The position numbers were made by a program, and so were the translations under genes. DNA of 16,906 bases, from the NCBI GenBank assembly GCA_964447495.1, contig CAYUTF010000020.1:1-16906 (forward strand), given 5' to 3'. Under the pieces are notes generated by a model that was not told the DNA's origin, made no database searches, and worked only from the letters and a program-made list of their open reading frames with translations. Below, one piece after another: positions 14,881 to 16,906 of the stretch; position 1 is the stretch's first letter, and each line of letters opens with the position of its first letter. The DNA comes from an uncultured archaeon. Lineage in GTDB: Archaea; Asgardarchaeota; Lokiarchaeia; Sigyniarchaeales; SOKP01.

Positions 14881-16604
14881 TTATAAAGATGAAGATTTAT
14901 AAAAATTATTTTATCATGGGTATTCTTGTTAGCATCATGGTTGTTTCCATTATTGGAGTTTTCGTTCTAACTCCTTCTTTAAATTTAAATGGAAGCATAT
15001 TTAAATATAATCAACCAATGCAACAATATGACGATATAGGATTAAAATCTGCTAATAATGGACGTATACCCTTGAATTATTCATCATTTTATCAGAATGT
15101 GACATCTCTAAATAGATTATTTGAATCTATTTATTTTAGTGTCAATGTTTCGGGTTTTAAGGCTGCTAATTCAACTATTATGCAAATTTCATATCAAGAA
15201 ATTTTTTTTAGAAACTTTAGCATGAGTAAATTCAATGATGATGAGTTTGAATATACATATACTCCTGAATACGATGCTAAAATAGGATTTTATAGGGTAA
15301 ATTTCTTCATTTTCAATCAGACGAATTACTTATTAAATACTCAAACGACTTATTTTAACTTCACGATAACAAGCAATTATGTGAGTAAGATTGGCAGTCC
15401 AAATTATATTAGGAGAGAATTGGCAGATGGCGAGTTCAAAATTCTTAATTATGGGCTTCATACTTTCATATGGACATTTTCTATTGTTGATAGTAATAAT
15501 GAATCGCTTCAAGATACATTATTTACATTAGGATCCAACGTGGACTACTTCTTCTTTGAATTAAATGATAGTTTTACAGAATCTAGTAAAATGTATTATG
15601 TGAAAATCACGGTTACTGATACTTTTTACAATGAAATTAAACCAATTTATCTACCTTTCACTCTTCTTAATTCAATTCCTCAAATTATTGTGAATTCTGT
15701 GTCATTTTCAGATAATAACGTGAAAAGAAATGAAGATTGTACAGTTTCTTTAAATGTTACCGATGGTGATAAAGATATTGATACATTTCCTGATAACATT
15801 TCCGTTTATATAATCCTTCAAGATTCTAATGGTATAAAGGGCTCTCCACTACTTATGATAAACAATGATGATTGGACTTTTAATTTAACATTTTCCATAG
15901 CGATTAACAAACCGATAGGAATTTATCAAGTTATTTTTGAAGTACATGACCAATTCGATGTTAACTCCTCATATATCACAACTCTAATTGTAGAAAATAA
16001 TCTACCAAAGATTCATGGGTTTATCGTTAATGATCTGTCCATTGGCCAAAGCATTTCAATTAATTATGGTGAGGATATAAGATTTAAATTTAACGTTTCC
16101 GACGTGGAAAATACAATAGCATTTATTATAGTTCAACTATTAAATGAAAGAAATGAATGGTACAATATTTCTATACGTTATAGTGAGAATATCGAATTAA
16201 TAGTCCGCACCGTTGATCTAATAAGTGGTTCGTGGTATATTTATCTCACTGTGATTGATGAAGATGGTGGTATTACAACTCTTACTTCGGATTATGGATA
16301 TGCTCCAAAAGAGATCAGGATCATTCCAGATGTACTAAATCCTATTCTTCCCTGGATCGGACTTGTAATTGGTGTTATTTTTGGTTTTCTGGGCGGTATC
16401 GCTCTTGTTTATAAATATTTTAAATCAAAATATAAGGACCCTCAAGAATTAGTATCAAAGAAGAAAAAGTCAAAACAGCAGGAGATAAAGCCGCAACCAA
16501 TAAAAGAAGAGGTTAAGAAAGAAGAATTGGAAAAAAAGGATTCCGAACAAGAAACCACTGAAAAGAAACCGCTTCAGAGAAAAATAAAAAGAAGACTAAA
16601 ATAA
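14877..16604 (+). CDS. Membrane-anchored surface glycoprotein with Ig/cadherin-like repeats and a charged cytoplasmic tail
   Basis: ATGA overlap with the upstream gene and an N-terminal hydrophobic segment. Repeats carry NxxP.I...NV[TS]DxD/E...Y...hxDxx. About 16 sequons by my count. TM WIGLVIGVIFGFLGGIALVY is followed by a ~60-aa K/E-rich tail. Confidence 0.8.
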   Translation: MIIKMKIYKNYFIMGILVSIMVVSIIGVFVLTPSLNLNGSIFKYNQPMQQYDDIGLKSANNGRIPLNYSSFYQNVTSLNRLFESIYFSVNVSGFKAANSTIMQISYQEIFFRNFSMSKFNDDEFEYTYTPEYDAKIGFYRVNFFIFNQTNYLLNTQTTYFNFTITSNYVSKIGSPNYIRRELADGEFKILNYGLHTFIWTFSIVDSNNESLQDTLFTLGSNVDYFFFELNDSFTESSKMYYVKITVTDTFYNEIKPIYLPFTLLNSIPQIIVNSVSFSDNNVKRNEDCTVSLNVTDGDKDIDTFPDNISVYIILQDSNGIKGSPLLMINNDDWTFNLTFSIAINKPIGIYQVIFEVHDQFDVNSSYITTLIVENNLPKIHGFIVNDLSIGQSISINYGEDIRFKFNVSDVENTIAFIIVQLLNERNEWYNISIRYSENIELIVRTVDLISGSWYIYLTVIDEDGGITTLTSDYGYAPKEIRIIPDVLNPILPWIGLVIGVIFGFLGGIALVYKYFKSKYKDPQELVSKKKKSKQQEIKPQPIKEEVKKEELEKKDSEQETTEKKPLQRKIKRRLK

Positions 16605-16647
16605 AATTTATTAATTTTCAAATCATAATTTTTTACTTCAAAAGCAC

Positions 16648-16905
16648 CTATTGTAAAACATTATGCAATTTATATTGAAACTTGCCTAGTTTTCCACCAT
16701 AGTTACCTGCTGAAATCCTATTTACGCTTGGGACTTTCACTGCAGCTTCAATTCCGACCTTCATTGCTCTTAAAATTGCTTTTTCTGTAGCGCCATCTAT
16801 AATCACTTCATATACACAATTATCATTTTCTTGAAGTAAAGTGCTCCTTGCTTTCACTCTTAAAGTTGGACAAAGGGGATCATTCGTGGAGGCATTTAAA
16901 AAGTC
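16648..16905 (-). CDS. ftr: Formylmethanofuran--tetrahydromethanopterin N-formyltransferase, C-terminal part (5'-truncated by window edge)
   Basis: The frame is open to the window edge: DFLNASTNDPLCPTLRVK...CVYEVIIDG...AMKVGIEAA...ISAGNYGGKLGKFQYKL. ASTN..xCPTL, VYEhhIDG and ISAGNYGGKLG are Ftr/FhcD signatures. The 69-aa ORF call uses an internal GTG. Confidence 0.95.
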   Translation of the reverse strand, partial: DFLNASTNDPLCPTLRVKARSTLLQENDNCVYEVIIDGATEKAILRAMKVGIEAAVKVPSVNRISAGNYGGKLGKFQYKLHNVLQ

Positions 16906-16906
16906 A

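Noticed and set aside
1-16906. tRNA/rRNA genes, CRISPR array, IS elements, prophage or defence genes
   Set aside because: Intergenic gaps are all under ~175 nt and AT-rich, with no cloverleaf, periodic repeat, terminal inverted repeat, transposase, integrase or nuclease motif visible.

Overview
AT-rich (roughly 28% GC by eye), densely coding archaeal DNA that most resembles Asgard archaea of the Lokiarchaeia type. This assignment is an inference from the combination of Ftr, GlpD, 40-aa TPR proteins, a 7-TM orphan and sequon-rich surface proteins. Left to right: the 3' end of an FAD glycerol-3-phosphate dehydrogenase (missed by the ORF track), an unknown ~6-TM protein, an AmmeMemoRadiSam radical SAM enzyme, and two TPR proteins (one with a zinc ribbon). 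Next is a minus-strand cluster: 7-TM protein, head/coiled-coil/head protein, two paralogous GNATs and a DUF1624/HGSNAT-like membrane acyltransferase. The window ends with a divergent glycyl-tRNA synthetase, two translationally coupled surface glycoproteins, and the 3' end of ftr. I saw no RNA genes, CRISPR arrays or mobile elements. The two best candidates for an undescribed system are (i) the surface-protein pair, a six-hairpin barrel on an Ig stalk plus a cadherin-like protein, both ending in the cytoplasmic motif hQRKhxRR, and (ii) the triple-acetyltransferase cluster behind the coiled-coil protein. All family calls come from motif recognition, not database searches.
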